Shown: positions 9,245-23,539 of the stretch, piece by piece | How the letters are laid out: every line of letters begins with the position of its first letter | How positions within the stretch are numbered: the first letter of the stretch is position 1 | Assembly (NCBI GenBank): GCA_964601275.1 | Contig: CAZRMV010000010.1 | Span: 2,802-66,801, forward strand | Origin: an uncultured bacterium | Lineage (GTDB): Bacteria > Krumholzibacteriota > Krumholzibacteriia > JAJRXK01 | Direction of reading: 5' to 3' | Length of the DNA stretch: 64,000 nucleotides | Position numbers and translations under genes: made by a program | Notes under the pieces: generated by a model | Told to the model about the DNA's origin: nothing | What the model saw: only the letters and a program-made list of their open reading frames with translations | The model's database searches: none

Positions 9245-10696
9245 GTGACCTTCCGATCGACGTCCTGCTTTCCGTGGATCGCGGCCGGCGTGTTCTGGCT
9301 GGCCGCGAGCCTGGTTCTGCCACCGACCGGGGCCGCTGCCCAGGACAGTCTCTTCACCGCCCAGGACAGTCTCTTCACCGACGGGGACAGCCTGCTCTTG
9401 GGGCTCGACCTGGATCCCCTGGCCGCCATCCTGCTTCCCGGAGAGATGCCCGCGGTCGAAACCACCACCCAGGTGCGCAGCGCGGTCGAGATGGGCTACG
9501 ACCGTTTCGCCCAGACCTATCGCTTCACCGACTCGGCCTTGCTTCGGGCAAGCGACGGCGGCCTCGATCTGGGAACCAGCCTGCGGGACACCGTCGACGT
9601 GTTCACCGAGATGCGAGCTCAAGCCGAGCTGCGGATCTCCCGCCCCTGGGGAACCCATCGCTACGAACTCCTTGGCCTGGGCTCTTTGGGCACCGAGTTG
9701 CGTCGGGGCTACCTGCAGGGCGTCTATCGCTATCGTCCCCCGCAGGACCAGTGGCGTTTCGACACCGAACTGCAGATGGAGGGACGCTTCTTCCAGCGGG
9801 GCTCTTCCTTCCAGCTCAGCCACGACAACCGGCGGGGCATGCTGCGCCTGCACGGGCGCCGCCGTCTGGGAGAGAACGCGCTGGTGGGGGTGAAGTTGCG
9901 CACGGAGACCCTCGACTACGATGGACGCAGCACCTACGAGTACGACCAGACCCGGTGGACCCTCGGCGCGACGGCGGACCTGCGCAACGGAAGCGGGTTC
10001 TACCTCGACCTGGAGGGCGGTGGGGGGCGGCGGTCGGTGCCCGACAGCACCCAGATCTCCTACCGGCGGGGGTTCGTCCAGGGCGATCTCTTCCTGCCGC
10101 TGGGAGGCAGTGGTTCGCTCTCCTTCTTCACCGCCGCCGAACGCCGGGTCTTCCAGGATCCCGGAACCCGCTCACCCTACTGGGATCTCGTGTTCGAGCC
10201 CGAACTTCGCATCGCGCTCTCGGAGAACTGGAGGCTGCGCCCGCGTGCCCCCCAGGAGGTATTGCTCTACGACATCGACGACCAGGTCTACCAGGACACC
10301 TGGCTGGGACAGGTCGGGCTCGAGCTCGCCCGCCGCTTCAGCGCGCTGGAACTCGCGCTGGAACCACGCTGGACCTGGAACGTCTCTCCCTTCGACACCG
10401 ACGACGAATTCCGCCAACCCTCGGTCGCGGTGAGCGCGCGCTTGCAGGGCACCGGCAGCCTCTGGTTCACCTTCACCGAGGAGATCGGTTGGCGCAACTA
10501 CGAGGATCCCCCGCAGGACTCGGTCGTGGTGTACACCGATTACCGCTTCTTCCGCACCACGCTGATGGCCTCGTGGACCTTCCTGCAGCGCCTCAGCCTG
10601 CAGGCCTTCGTCAGCGATGAACCCGACATCCACGTCCGCGAGGAAGACGACAACCGCCTCGGCCTGTATAGTCTCACCCTGCGCGCTGATTTCTGA
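9245..10696 (+). CDS. Putative outer-membrane beta-barrel protein
   Basis: GTG start and a signal peptide. Alternating hydrophobic beta-strand pattern through the C-terminal half, with a C-terminal aromatic residue (…LTLRADF) typical of OMPs. Confidence 0.55.
   Translation: MTFRSTSCFPWIAAGVFWLAASLVLPPTGAAAQDSLFTAQDSLFTDGDSLLLGLDLDPLAAILLPGEMPAVETTTQVRSAVEMGYDRFAQTYRFTDSALLRASDGGLDLGTSLRDTVDVFTEMRAQAELRISRPWGTHRYELLGLGSLGTELRRGYLQGVYRYRPPQDQWRFDTELQMEGRFFQRGSSFQLSHDNRRGMLRLHGRRRLGENALVGVKLRTETLDYDGRSTYEYDQTRWTLGATADLRNGSGFYLDLEGGGGRRSVPDSTQISYRRGFVQGDLFLPLGGSGSLSFFTAAERRVFQDPGTRSPYWDLVFEPELRIALSENWRLRPRAPQEVLLYDIDDQVYQDTWLGQVGLELARRFSALELALEPRWTWNVSPFDTDDEFRQPSVAVSARLQGTGSLWFTFTEEIGWRNYEDPPQDSVVVYTDYRFFRTTLMASWTFLQRLSLQAFVSDEPDIHVREEDDNRLGLYSLTLRADF
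9339..9380 (+). repeat. Perfect 21-bp tandem duplication (cccaggacagtctcttcaccg x2) encoding AQDSLFT-AQDSLFT just after the signal peptide
   Basis: Two identical, adjacent 21-nt copies are read directly from the sequence. A third degenerate copy follows (DGDSLLL). Confidence 0.9.
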
Positions 10697-10722
10697 ATCG
10701 TGGGAACGAGACAAGGAAGAAC

Positions 10723-11808
10723 GTGGTGATCGACGAGCCGGACGAGAGAGCCGAGGACGCCGGGATGGAACCTTCCGAGCAGGATGCAGGAAACGATCGG
10801 GCCCCAGGCGGGAGCGCAACACCGGCTGGTGATCCGGGCGTCGCCTTGTGGCAGGGCATCTACGAACGGCTGCGCGATCGCGAGGACCCACCGCGGCCCT
10901 GGACCGGCCCCGGGGAAGCCCCCTGGTCGGACGAGACCTTCTCGGCCGACTTCGCCCGGGTGACCGCGCGCGACGCGGAGACCACCGCGGCCGAGATCCA
11001 GTGCATCCTCTCGGCCTGCGGCCTGCCGCTGGAGGCCGCGCCGGGGAATCACTGGTCCATTCTCGATCTCGGTTGCGGTGACGGACGCCTTCTGTTGCCG
11101 CTGTGCCGGGGCGGGCACCGCGGATTCGGCCTGGACCTGGGACCTGCCCCGGTGCGCCGCCTGCGGGAACTGGCGAAGGCCCAGGGCCTGCACGTCGAGG
11201 CGCGGGTGGCCGACCTGCGCGACTGGTCCCGCGGTAGGGTGGTCTTCTCCGGGGCGGATCGCTTCGACCTGGTCCTGCTCTCCTTCGGAACCCTGGGCGC
11301 GGTTCCCCGGGAAGACGGCATGGCCCTGCTCTCCCGCGTGGCCGAGAGCCTCTCGCCGGGCGGCTGGCTCCACCTGGACCTGGGCCTGTCGACCGGATTC
11401 GCCGAAGAACTCGACGGCCGCCAGGAGTGGTGGGTCGCGGACGATTTCGTCACCGGGGCGGGCCGCCAACTCGTACTCGACGATCATTCTTTCGACCGGG
11501 AGGAAAGAGTGTACGTCCGGCGCAGCTTCGCGCTACGTCTCGAGGAGCCCTTGAAAGTGCGGGAAGTCCGTCAGACCACCCAGCTCTACGAGCGGGAGGA
11601 ACTGCGGGCGATGCTGCAGGAGGTGGGCCTGGAAGTGGTCCACGAAAACGGCGATTTCTTCTTCAGTCCGTTCCAGCGCGATCGCAGCGAGAACCTGGTG
11701 GTGAGCGCGAGGAAACATCCCGTTGCACAACCTCCCGATCGCCCGGACTGGAATCTCCGCCGGTTTCTCGTCCGAGGGGGGGATGACCCCACTGGGGCAT
11801 CCTCGTAA
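10723..11808 (+). CDS. Class I SAM-dependent methyltransferase
   Basis: Motif I ILDLGCGDGR and a downstream acidic motif II-like segment (FDLVLLSF). Acidic, low-complexity N-terminal extension. Confidence 0.7.
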   Translation: MVIDEPDERAEDAGMEPSEQDAGNDRAPGGSATPAGDPGVALWQGIYERLRDREDPPRPWTGPGEAPWSDETFSADFARVTARDAETTAAEIQCILSACGLPLEAAPGNHWSILDLGCGDGRLLLPLCRGGHRGFGLDLGPAPVRRLRELAKAQGLHVEARVADLRDWSRGRVVFSGADRFDLVLLSFGTLGAVPREDGMALLSRVAESLSPGGWLHLDLGLSTGFAEELDGRQEWWVADDFVTGAGRQLVLDDHSFDREERVYVRRSFALRLEEPLKVREVRQTTQLYEREELRAMLQEVGLEVVHENGDFFFSPFQRDRSENLVVSARKHPVAQPPDRPDWNLRRFLVRGGDDPTGASS

Positions 11809-11978
11809 CCCTCAATGCGATAACAAGATCCATTGATCAGGTACACCCAACTGGATTGACGCGTCCTCCACGATCTCTCTATGATGATCGGCCTTCGATG
11901 GATCAAGCGTGAATCCATCGTTCTCCTGGGATCCGCGACCGACTCCCCTGAGGCGCCCCCTGTGACTTCAACGGAAAG

Positions 11979-12611
11979 GTGAAAGACATGAAGCAATGCT
12001 TCACGAGGGTCTTTCTCGTGCTCGCTGTCGTGGGCTTGATCATGGCTTCGGCCAGCGCCGCCCTGGCGGTGGCGAACTCCGACTACACGAAGACGGTCGA
12101 AAAGTATCCCCCACCGCCCGACTGTCCTCCGTACTGTCCGTTCATGATCTGCGTGATCTGCAGCCAGTCGGGAGGAACTCCGGGCGTCACGCCGGCAGTT
12201 GCCTTGGAGGTGAGCTACCTGATTCCCGATACGGCGGTGATCTCCGACTATTCCGTCGTGACGAGGGATGCGACCGGCCTGCCCGTCCCTCTTCCGGGAG
12301 GAGGAACACTGTCCTTCACTCGATGCGACAGTTGCTTCGGCGCCGCCGCCGATTCGATTCCTCCCGCCGGAATGCGCTGGCTGAACTTCCGCTCCCAGCC
12401 CGTGGATTGGACCAACGGTGTTCTCCAGTTCGTCCCGTATCCGGTCATGTCCAACGGAGCGCCGATTCCCCAGGCCTTCTGGGCCTCGGACACCGGTGAC
12501 GACAACGGGACCAGCACCGTGACGAACCTGCTGACCTCCTTCCCGGAGCAGCCGGTGGCCACCGACGAACAAGGATGGGGTGAGCTGAAGACGAAGTTTG
12601 CCGAGAAGTAG
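11979..12611 (+). CDS. Small secreted Cys-rich hypothetical protein
   Basis: Signal peptide (VFLVLAVVGLIMASASAALA). Cys cluster PPPPDCPPYCPFMICVICSQ. Lower GC and atypical codons relative to neighbours. Preceded by a low-GC intergenic region with promoter-like sequence. Confidence 0.6.
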   Translation: MKDMKQCFTRVFLVLAVVGLIMASASAALAVANSDYTKTVEKYPPPPDCPPYCPFMICVICSQSGGTPGVTPAVALEVSYLIPDTAVISDYSVVTRDATGLPVPLPGGGTLSFTRCDSCFGAAADSIPPAGMRWLNFRSQPVDWTNGVLQFVPYPVMSNGAPIPQAFWASDTGDDNGTSTVTNLLTSFPEQPVATDEQGWGELKTKFAEK

Positions 12612-12800
12612 TTTCGAAGCAGGAGTGGCCCGGCCGAGTGCGGCCGGGCCGCTTCACGGGTGGGATTCTCCAGACCGGGTGGGTCCAGATTGTACCTCCC
12701 TTGCCTTGTTGGCGCGTTCTCTGCGATAATGGAGACCCTCACGGAAGCGCGCGGGGGTGTCCGTGTGCCCGTGGCGGTCCATACGACCCAGGAGGATCCG

Positions 12801-17134
<4,334 letters not shown>

Positions 17135-17155
17135 GGCCCCCGTTCCACCGCTTTG

Positions 17156-17173
17156 CCCCGGCCCGGGCCGGGG
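17156..17173 (+). terminator. Palindromic GC hairpin ccccggcccgggccgggg after proS
   Basis: 18-nt perfect palindrome 20 nt after the proS stop. Followed by a TATACT -10-like box ahead of pdxS. Confidence 0.35.
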
Positions 17174-17224
17174 CCTATACTGTCAGCGCACCGCAGACGC
17201 CACCATGAACCGGGAGTTGGGAAC

Positions 17225-18118
17225 ATGAGCAAGGACAAGGGCGAAGACCGGCTGCGTCTGAAGGTGGGCCTGGCCGAGATGCTCAAGGGCGGCGTCATCA
17301 TGGACGTCACCAACGTCGAGCAGGCGAGGATCGCCGAAGACGCCGGAGCCACCGCGGTCATGGCCCTCGAACGCATTCCCGCCGACATCCGCACCGACGG
17401 GGGAGTGGCCCGGATGTCCAATCCGCGGATGATCCAGGAGATCATGGACGCGGTGAGCATCCCGGTGATGGCCAAGTGCCGCATCGGCCATTTCGCCGAG
17501 GCGCAGATCCTCCAGGCGATCGGGGTCGACTTCATCGACGAGAGCGAAGTGCTGACTCCCGCCGACGAGGAACACCACATCGACAAGTTCGCCTTCGAGG
17601 TTCCCTTCGTGTGCGGATGCCGCAACCTGGGTGAGGCGCTCCGGCGCATCGGCGAGGGCGCGGCGATGATGCGCACCAAGGGCGAGGCGGGCACCGGCGA
17701 CATCGTTGAGGCCGTACGCCACATGCGCGCGGTGCAACTGGGGATCCGCCGCCTGCAGACCCTGCGCGACGAGGAACTGATGGCCGAGGCGAAGAACCTG
17801 GGCGCTCCCTACCACGTGGTCTTGCACGTGCGCGAAGAGGGAAAGCTTCCCGTGCCCAATTTCGCCGCCGGGGGCATCGCCACGCCCGCCGACGCGGCGC
17901 TCATGATGCAACTGGGAGCGGAAGCCTGTTTTGTCGGCAGCGGCATCTTCAAGAGCGACGACCCCGCGGCCCGCGCAAAGGCCGTGGTCCAGGCGGTGAC
18001 CTTCCACGACGACCCGAAGAAACTGGCGGAGATCAGCGCCGGCCTGGGCGATGCGATGCGCGGACGTTCGGTGGAGAAGCTCTCCAAGGAAGAACTGCTC
18101 GCCGGCCGGGGTTGGTAG
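17225..18118 (+). CDS. pdxS: Pyridoxal 5'-phosphate synthase lyase subunit
   Basis: Highly conserved PdxS sequence ([21 protein letters not shown]…MAKCRIGHF…[17 protein letters not shown]…[21 protein letters not shown]). Confidence 0.9.
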   Translation: MSKDKGEDRLRLKVGLAEMLKGGVIMDVTNVEQARIAEDAGATAVMALERIPADIRTDGGVARMSNPRMIQEIMDAVSIPVMAKCRIGHFAEAQILQAIGVDFIDESEVLTPADEEHHIDKFAFEVPFVCGCRNLGEALRRIGEGAAMMRTKGEAGTGDIVEAVRHMRAVQLGIRRLQTLRDEELMAEAKNLGAPYHVVLHVREEGKLPVPNFAAGGIATPADAALMMQLGAEACFVGSGIFKSDDPAARAKAVVQAVTFHDDPKKLAEISAGLGDAMRGRSVEKLSKEELLAGRGW

Positions 18119-18711
18119 GAGTGGGCCGACCGAGACTGGGAGTCCTCGGATTGCAGGGGGACTTCGCCGCCCACCTGGAGATCCTGCGGGAATTGGATCT
18201 GGACGCCGAGCTGGTGCGCCGCCCGGGTGAACTGGACGCGCTGGACGGGCTGGTGATTCCCGGCGGCGAGAGCACCACCCTGTACACCCTGTTGAAGGCG
18301 AACCATCTGATCGACCCGCTACGAGCGTTTGCTCGCCGGGGCAAGCTGCTGGGAACCTGTGCCGGCGCCATCCTCATGGCCCGCGAGCTCTTGAACCCCG
18401 GTGGGGTAGAGCCCCTGGGCATCCTGGACATGACCCTCCGTCGCAACGGTTTCGGCCGGCAGGTCGATTCCTTCGAGGACGAGATCCGCCCCCTCGTCGA
18501 TCTCGACGGCGACGAGCCCGCGTACGGGGTGTTCATCCGGGCGCCCCGGATCACCCGGGTCGCGGGCACGGTCGAGGTGATCGGGGTCTTCGGGCAGGAG
18601 CCGGTCGCGGTGCGGGCGGATGGCCACATGGCCCTGACCTTCCACCCCGAGATCCGCCGGGATCGCCGCTGGCACGCCCTCTGGGTGCGCGGACTTTCAC
18701 TGTCTGTTTGA
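18112..18711 (+). CDS. pdxT: Pyridoxal 5'-phosphate synthase glutaminase subunit
   Basis: Class I glutamine amidotransferase motifs ([11 protein letters not shown]; GTCAG catalytic Cys; HPE). Overlaps the pdxS stop. Confidence 0.85.
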   Translation: MVGVGRPRLGVLGLQGDFAAHLEILRELDLDAELVRRPGELDALDGLVIPGGESTTLYTLLKANHLIDPLRAFARRGKLLGTCAGAILMARELLNPGGVEPLGILDMTLRRNGFGRQVDSFEDEIRPLVDLDGDEPAYGVFIRAPRITRVAGTVEVIGVFGQEPVAVRADGHMALTFHPEIRRDRRWHALWVRGLSLSV

Positions 18712-18888
18712 AGGATTTGCGCACGATCCGACGGCTTCGGGCGTTCCACTCCCTTGTCTTGCGTCGTTGCCACCGGCCGCGCCGTCCCCGTTTGTGCTAC
18801 ACTCGGGATCGAGAGCAGCGTGGACGGCTCCCCCACGCGATCCGGACGTTCCGGCTCGTGCAACAACCTGGTCCCAGGGGGAGTTCCC

Positions 18889-19578
18889 ATGTCGATTCGT
18901 CATCGCGCAATGGCTGCGGCGCTGGTCCTGGCGGTGGTCGTCCTGTCGGCCGCCACCGCGTCCGCCGACCCATGTCTGACCGTCTATCCCACCGGGAACA
19001 CGGTCTACCACTACGACGTCAACGAGTACTTTGTGGTGGGCCCCGGTGATCCTCTCTACGATCCCGTCTTCGACCGGGGCGGATACGTTCTCATCGACGC
19101 GAACAGCATGGAGGTCGAGGAGAACATCTACCAGGCGCCCAACCTGGTGGGCTTTCTGCCCAGCACCGACGGACGGGAGGGATATTTCTTCGAGGGGTAT
19201 TCCTTCGACCTGGTGATCGATGGTTTCAACCACACGCCGATCACCTACCAGAACATCATCCTCGTGATCAATCCGTATCCCGATTCGTGTCCGCCGATGG
19301 TCACCATCGACGGCAATCCGGTGGTGGGCGATACCTACAGCCTGGGGAGCCTGGTGGTGAGCACTCCAACGGAGAACGAGCATCACTACTCGGACTCCAT
19401 CGTCGTTACGGTGAGTTGGGCGCAGTGCGCCGAGATGGAGTTCTGGGCCTACGACGACGAGAACCACAACGGGGTGAAGGACGGAGGCGAGTGCTTCAGC
19501 GCGTTCTCGCACGACACCGCGGTGCCCGCCGCCGAGGCGTCGTCGATGGGCGTGATCAAGGCCCGTTTCTCGAAGTAG
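18889..19578 (+). CDS. Secreted hypothetical protein
   Basis: ATG 18889 followed by a signal peptide (MAAALVLAVVVLSAATASADP). No recognisable domain. TACACT -10-like box upstream. The 3' end overlaps the convergent deacetylase gene by about 23 bp. Confidence 0.55.
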   Translation: MSIRHRAMAAALVLAVVVLSAATASADPCLTVYPTGNTVYHYDVNEYFVVGPGDPLYDPVFDRGGYVLIDANSMEVEENIYQAPNLVGFLPSTDGREGYFFEGYSFDLVIDGFNHTPITYQNIILVINPYPDSCPPMVTIDGNPVVGDTYSLGSLVVSTPTENEHHYSDSIVVTVSWAQCAEMEFWAYDDENHNGVKDGGECFSAFSHDTAVPAAEASSMGVIKARFSK

Positions 19579-20638
19579 ACCCCGCCGCTTCCGGTGCGCC
19601 GGTTGTAGCCGCTGGGTCGGCGCGGGCGGCGATCTCGTCCCGGGGGGAGGAATCCGAAAGGTCCTCCCCGCTGGACGCCAGCATGAGATCGATGAAGTCC
19701 TGCATGCCGGTGCGGGCAGTGATGGTGATCCTGGAGAGATGCCAGGTGGAATCCCTCCCCGGCCGGTTGGTTCCCGCGGCCAGGCTCAAGCTGCCGCGGT
19801 AGCCTTCCCTTCGCGCCAGGGAATCGAGGGTGGAGCTGGCCCATCCGTAGGGCCAGGCGAGCCAGCGGGCGGCATGCCCGAGACGGTCCCGAAGGATGCG
19901 CCGGGACTCCCGCAGATCCATCCTCACGAAGATCTCTCCCTGGGGACGCGGAGGGCCCTTGTCGGGGACCTCGGCCAGGAACACCGGCGTCATCCGGCCC
20001 TTCTTGCTCTTGACCTTGTAGTGCATGTCGTGGGTGTGGCTCTCCACTTCGAACACGCCGCTCTGTTCGAGGCCTTTCAACTCGTCCCAGTCGAGGGTCG
20101 CGACGTCCTGCCAGCGCCTTCCCACCTTCGAAGTGACCACCAGGATGGTGGCCTTCATCTTCCGGCGCCGCAGCACGGGGAGTGCGTAGCGCTCGACACT
20201 CCGGTCGCCGTCGTCGAAGGTGATGACCACCGGCTTGGATGGACCCTCCGTCTTTCCCTCGAGGATGTCCGCGAGCTCGTCCAGGTCGATCGTGGTGTAA
20301 CCGTGATCGACCAACCACTGCATCTGCCGCTCGAAGAGCTCGGTGCGGGTGGTCCAGTACTCGCGCTCCTTGAGGGTGGGCAGGTTGAAGAGCACCGCCC
20401 CGAGCACCCGCAGGAAGTAGACCGGGCCCGGGGTGCCGCGGAGGTAGTGATAGCAGAGGATGGGAACGCCCCCCCGGCGAAGGGCGGGATGATGCGGGTC
20501 GACGGTGGCGGGTTCCTCGATCTCCAGGTAGTCGGCCCTTGCGCCCTCGTCTCGATAGGTGGAGCGGTACTGCCACCAGACCACCGCCAGCGGCAGGCTC
20601 AGGAGCAAAAGCGCAATGACGGCAAAGCGGCGCACGAC
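19556..20638 (-). CDS. Polysaccharide deacetylase (NodB-homology; PgaB/IcaB-like, deacetylase domain only)
   Basis: CE4 motifs: TFDDG (ITFDDGDRS), the HxxxxH region (ESHTHDMH) and an N-terminal TM/signal segment. GTG start chosen just downstream of the upstream gene's TGA (20644-20646). Confidence 0.75.
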   Translation of the reverse strand, partial: VVRRFAVIALLLLSLPLAVVWWQYRSTYRDEGARADYLEIEEPATVDPHHPALRRGGVPILCYHYLRGTPGPVYFLRVLGAVLFNLPTLKEREYWTTRTELFERQMQWLVDHGYTTIDLDELADILEGKTEGPSKPVVITFDDGDRSVERYALPVLRRRKMKATILVVTSKVGRRWQDVATLDWDELKGLEQSGVFEVESHTHDMHYKVKSKKGRMTPVFLAEVPDKGPPRPQGEIFVRMDLRESRRILRDRLGHAARWLAWPYGWASSTLDSLARREGYRGSLSLAAGTNRPGRDSTWHLSRITITARTGMQDFIDLMLASSGEDLSDSSPRDEIAARADPAATTGAPEAAGSTSRNGP

Positions 20639-20643
20639 GGATC

Positions 20644-22284
20644 TCAGAAGCGGTAACGCAGGACGCCGGCGGCGAAGCTGCGGGTGTATCCACCGGCGCT
20701 CGAGAGCCGGCTGTCGCTGCTGCCGCCGGAGAGTTCGAGGGTCAGGTGGCGGGTGATACGCCAATCGAGTTCGGCGCTGCCGTTCACCACACCGTAGTTC
20801 TCCTCGTCCGCCCATTCGTGCCCGGTTCCCGCTTCGAGATGGAGGCTGAGGCTCTCGCTGAAGTCACCATCGAGGGCGGCCGAGATCGTTCCGTTGAAGA
20901 ACCCTCCCGGATTCCAGTAGCCCTTGTCGCTGGCCCGGGAGAAGGAGAAGGCGGTGACCGAGGGAATGAGGCTCCATCGCCAGCGTTGGCCGCGGCTGAA
21001 GGTGAGCCCGGTGGTGGCGAGGATGCGGTCGTTGTCATCGCTGTATCGGCTGTAGCGCGCCACCAGGTTCCATCGAAGGTTCTCCCGCAGGCGGGCGTCG
21101 AGCGACGCCGCTCCACTGGTGATGGCGATGTTCTCGGAGATGGACCGCGGTGTGTCGACGAAGCTGCGATCGGTCGACAGGTCGAAACGCCAGCGATCCC
21201 CCCGGAACCAGGTGAACCACGCGTCCCATCCCAACAGCAACCAGTCCACCTTCTTCGGGGGGCCGTCGACCACCGGCGCGCTGCTGGAGAACTGCAGGAA
21301 GGAGAGATAGGCGTGCAACTGGGTGGAGAAGGATGGGCGCAGCCCGCCCCCTCCGTCGAGTCCCCACCCATCGACGTCGGGTTGCCCCTCCTGCTGGAAG
21401 CGCAACTGCCGCCCGATGAGATGGAGATCCTGCCAGCGCGGGGTGGACCAGTCGAGCCCGAGGTGGTTGTCCACGATCTCCAGGGTGTCGCTGTCGCGGC
21501 TGTAGCGACTGCCCAGGGAGATGCGGGGCCGTTGCGACGTGAGGATGCTCTCGCGCAGGGCTTCCGCCTCGGGGTCGCCCCGCAGGGGATCGAGGGCGTC
21601 CATCGCCAACCGGTATTCCCCCGCCCAGGCCCAGTTCTGGGCCATGCCCAGCCGGGCTGCGTGGTTGTCCGGGTGGTCGTCGAGGATGCCCTGGTAGCGC
21701 CGGGCCGCTTCGCGGTTGCGTCCCAGCCAACCCAGGGTCTGCGCCTCGCCCAGCCGGGCTTCCAGGATCCGCGGATGTCCGACCAGCACCCGCCGGTACT
21801 CCTGCCAACCCTCGTAGTTGTGGCCGGCCCAGCTCAGGGCGCGGGCGTAACCGATCCGCGCCTCGATGTTTCCGGGGGAGGCGGCCAGTCGTTTCTCGAA
21901 CCAGGGAATGGCGAGGGGGGCCTGGTCGTTCCAGTTGTACTGGTGGCCCAGCTCGTGGGCGTACCGGGGCACCAGGGAGGGATCGAGCCGGAAGGCCTCG
22001 AGGTAGGCCTCGATCGCCGCCGCGTGCTCATCGCGCGAGGCGAAGTCCCGGGCCTCTTCCAGCCGGGCGCGCGCCGCGGCCGGCGAGGGCACCGAGTCTG
22101 CGATGTCGGTCGAAGCAGTGGGGGAGGAGACTTGCTCGGGAGGCGCCGCGACTGGCGTCGTCGCGTTGGGCGTCGCACCGGCGACGCCCCCCGGAGCAAG
22201 CGTGCATGCAAGCAGTTCGAGAAGGATCACGAACCGCCAGGAAATCGAAGGCGTACCCGAACCTCGCGTCGACCACTCAGACAT
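20644..22284 (-). CDS. PgaA/HmsH-like outer-membrane exopolysaccharide export protein (N-terminal TPR region + C-terminal beta-barrel)
   Basis: Signal peptide. TPR-like repeats (AIEAYLEAFRLDPS…; EARIGYARALSWAGHNYEGW…). C-terminal amphipathic beta-strand region ending …GVLRYRF. Position between the GT2 synthase and the deacetylase. Confidence 0.6.
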   Translation of the reverse strand: MSEWSTRGSGTPSISWRFVILLELLACTLAPGGVAGATPNATTPVAAPPEQVSSPTASTDIADSVPSPAAARARLEEARDFASRDEHAAAIEAYLEAFRLDPSLVPRYAHELGHQYNWNDQAPLAIPWFEKRLAASPGNIEARIGYARALSWAGHNYEGWQEYRRVLVGHPRILEARLGEAQTLGWLGRNREAARRYQGILDDHPDNHAARLGMAQNWAWAGEYRLAMDALDPLRGDPEAEALRESILTSQRPRISLGSRYSRDSDTLEIVDNHLGLDWSTPRWQDLHLIGRQLRFQQEGQPDVDGWGLDGGGGLRPSFSTQLHAYLSFLQFSSSAPVVDGPPKKVDWLLLGWDAWFTWFRGDRWRFDLSTDRSFVDTPRSISENIAITSGAASLDARLRENLRWNLVARYSRYSDDNDRILATTGLTFSRGQRWRWSLIPSVTAFSFSRASDKGYWNPGGFFNGTISAALDGDFSESLSLHLEAGTGHEWADEENYGVVNGSAELDWRITRHLTLELSGGSSDSRLSSAGGYTRSFAAGVLRYRF

Positions 22285-23539
22285 CACGAACCGGGGTCCA
22301 CCGGGTGACCCCGCCCTCACCCCCCTTCGAGAGGAGGGCCTGGGGGGTGGTCCAGGTGGTGACCACGGCCATCAGCATCCAGTAGATGACCGGGTACAGC
22401 ACCGCGACGCCGAAATACCGTCCGATCCGCGGGTCATAACGCCGGTCGAGGACGACCCCGGTCAGGAGTTGCAAAAGGCATACCGTTCCGATCAGCATGC
22501 CCCACCAATTCGGCACCGGCGAGGCCCCGACCGGGGGATACCCGGCCATGTACGACACGATCCACAGCACCACCATCCAGGTGTAGGTGTAGGCCCATGC
22601 GATGGAGAGGGTGCTTTCGGCCAGGACCGGCCACAGGCGCCGGTTCTGCCATTGGGTCACCGTGCTGCCGTGCCTCCGCAGCACCTGCGCCAGCCCCCTG
22701 GCCCACCGGGTTCTCTGCTTCCACAGGCCCTTCAGGCCGCGGGGAACCTTCATCCAGACGATGGCGCGCGGTTCATAGCGCACGTCCCAGTGCCGCAATT
22801 GCAGTTTCCAGGTGAGATCGATGTCCTCGGTGGCCATGTGGGGGCTGTACAGCCCGGCGTCGATGATGGCATTGCGGTGGAAAGCCCCGACCACCCCGCT
22901 CATGGTCAGGATGCGGCCCCAGATACGCTGGGCGCGTCGCTGCAATGAAATGATCGAGGTGAACTCGATCGCCTGCAGCTTGGCCAGGAAGGTGGTGGTG
23001 TTCGCCACCCGCGGGTTGCCGGTGACCCCGCCGACGCGGGGAGATCGGAAGTGGGGAACCATGGCCCGCAAGAGTTGTGGATCGGGAACGGCGTCGGCGT
23101 CCATCACCACGAGGATCTCCCCCCGCGCGGCCGGCACCGCGTCGTTGAGGGCCATGGCCTTGCCCTCGTTGCGCAGCTTCCGCAGGAGCCGGACCCGGCC
23201 TTCCTTGACCAACGGCATCACCTGGTCGAGGGTTCCGTCGGTGCTGCAATCATCGATGACCAGCACTTCGAAATCGGGATAGTCGACGGCGAGCATTCCC
23301 TCCAGGCTGGCCCGGATGTGCTCTTCCTCGTTGTAGGCGGGAACCAAGAAGCTGACCGGCGGGAAGTGTTCGAGCTCGTAGAAAGCCTCGTCTTCCTCCC
23401 TCTCGCGGCGGAGGAAGTAGATGATGCTGGTGAAGATCCACATCAGGCTGGTGAGGATGGGATACCAGGCGAAGAAGACCAGGGCGGCCAGGTAGACCCA
23501 GCTCGACTGGATGGCGATGAGGACCGACAGGAGGCTCAC
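22277..23539 (-). CDS. Poly-beta-1,6-N-acetylglucosamine synthase-like family 2 glycosyltransferase (PgaC/IcaA/HmsR-like)
   Basis: GT2 motifs: VPAYNEE, LVIDDCSTDGT, DAD (VVMDADAV), TEDIDLTWKL, and the QRTRWARG (QxxRW) processive-synthase motif. Flanking TM helices. GTG start overlaps the upstream TGA (GTGA), with a GAGGAGG RBS. Confidence 0.85.
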   Translation of the reverse strand: MSLLSVLIAIQSSWVYLAALVFFAWYPILTSLMWIFTSIIYFLRREREEDEAFYELEHFPPVSFLVPAYNEEEHIRASLEGMLAVDYPDFEVLVIDDCSTDGTLDQVMPLVKEGRVRLLRKLRNEGKAMALNDAVPAARGEILVVMDADAVPDPQLLRAMVPHFRSPRVGGVTGNPRVANTTTFLAKLQAIEFTSIISLQRRAQRIWGRILTMSGVVGAFHRNAIIDAGLYSPHMATEDIDLTWKLQLRHWDVRYEPRAIVWMKVPRGLKGLWKQRTRWARGLAQVLRRHGSTVTQWQNRRLWPVLAESTLSIAWAYTYTWMVVLWIVSYMAGYPPVGASPVPNWWGMLIGTVCLLQLLTGVVLDRRYDPRIGRYFGVAVLYPVIYWMLMAVVTTWTTPQALLSKGGEGGVTRWTPVRDV

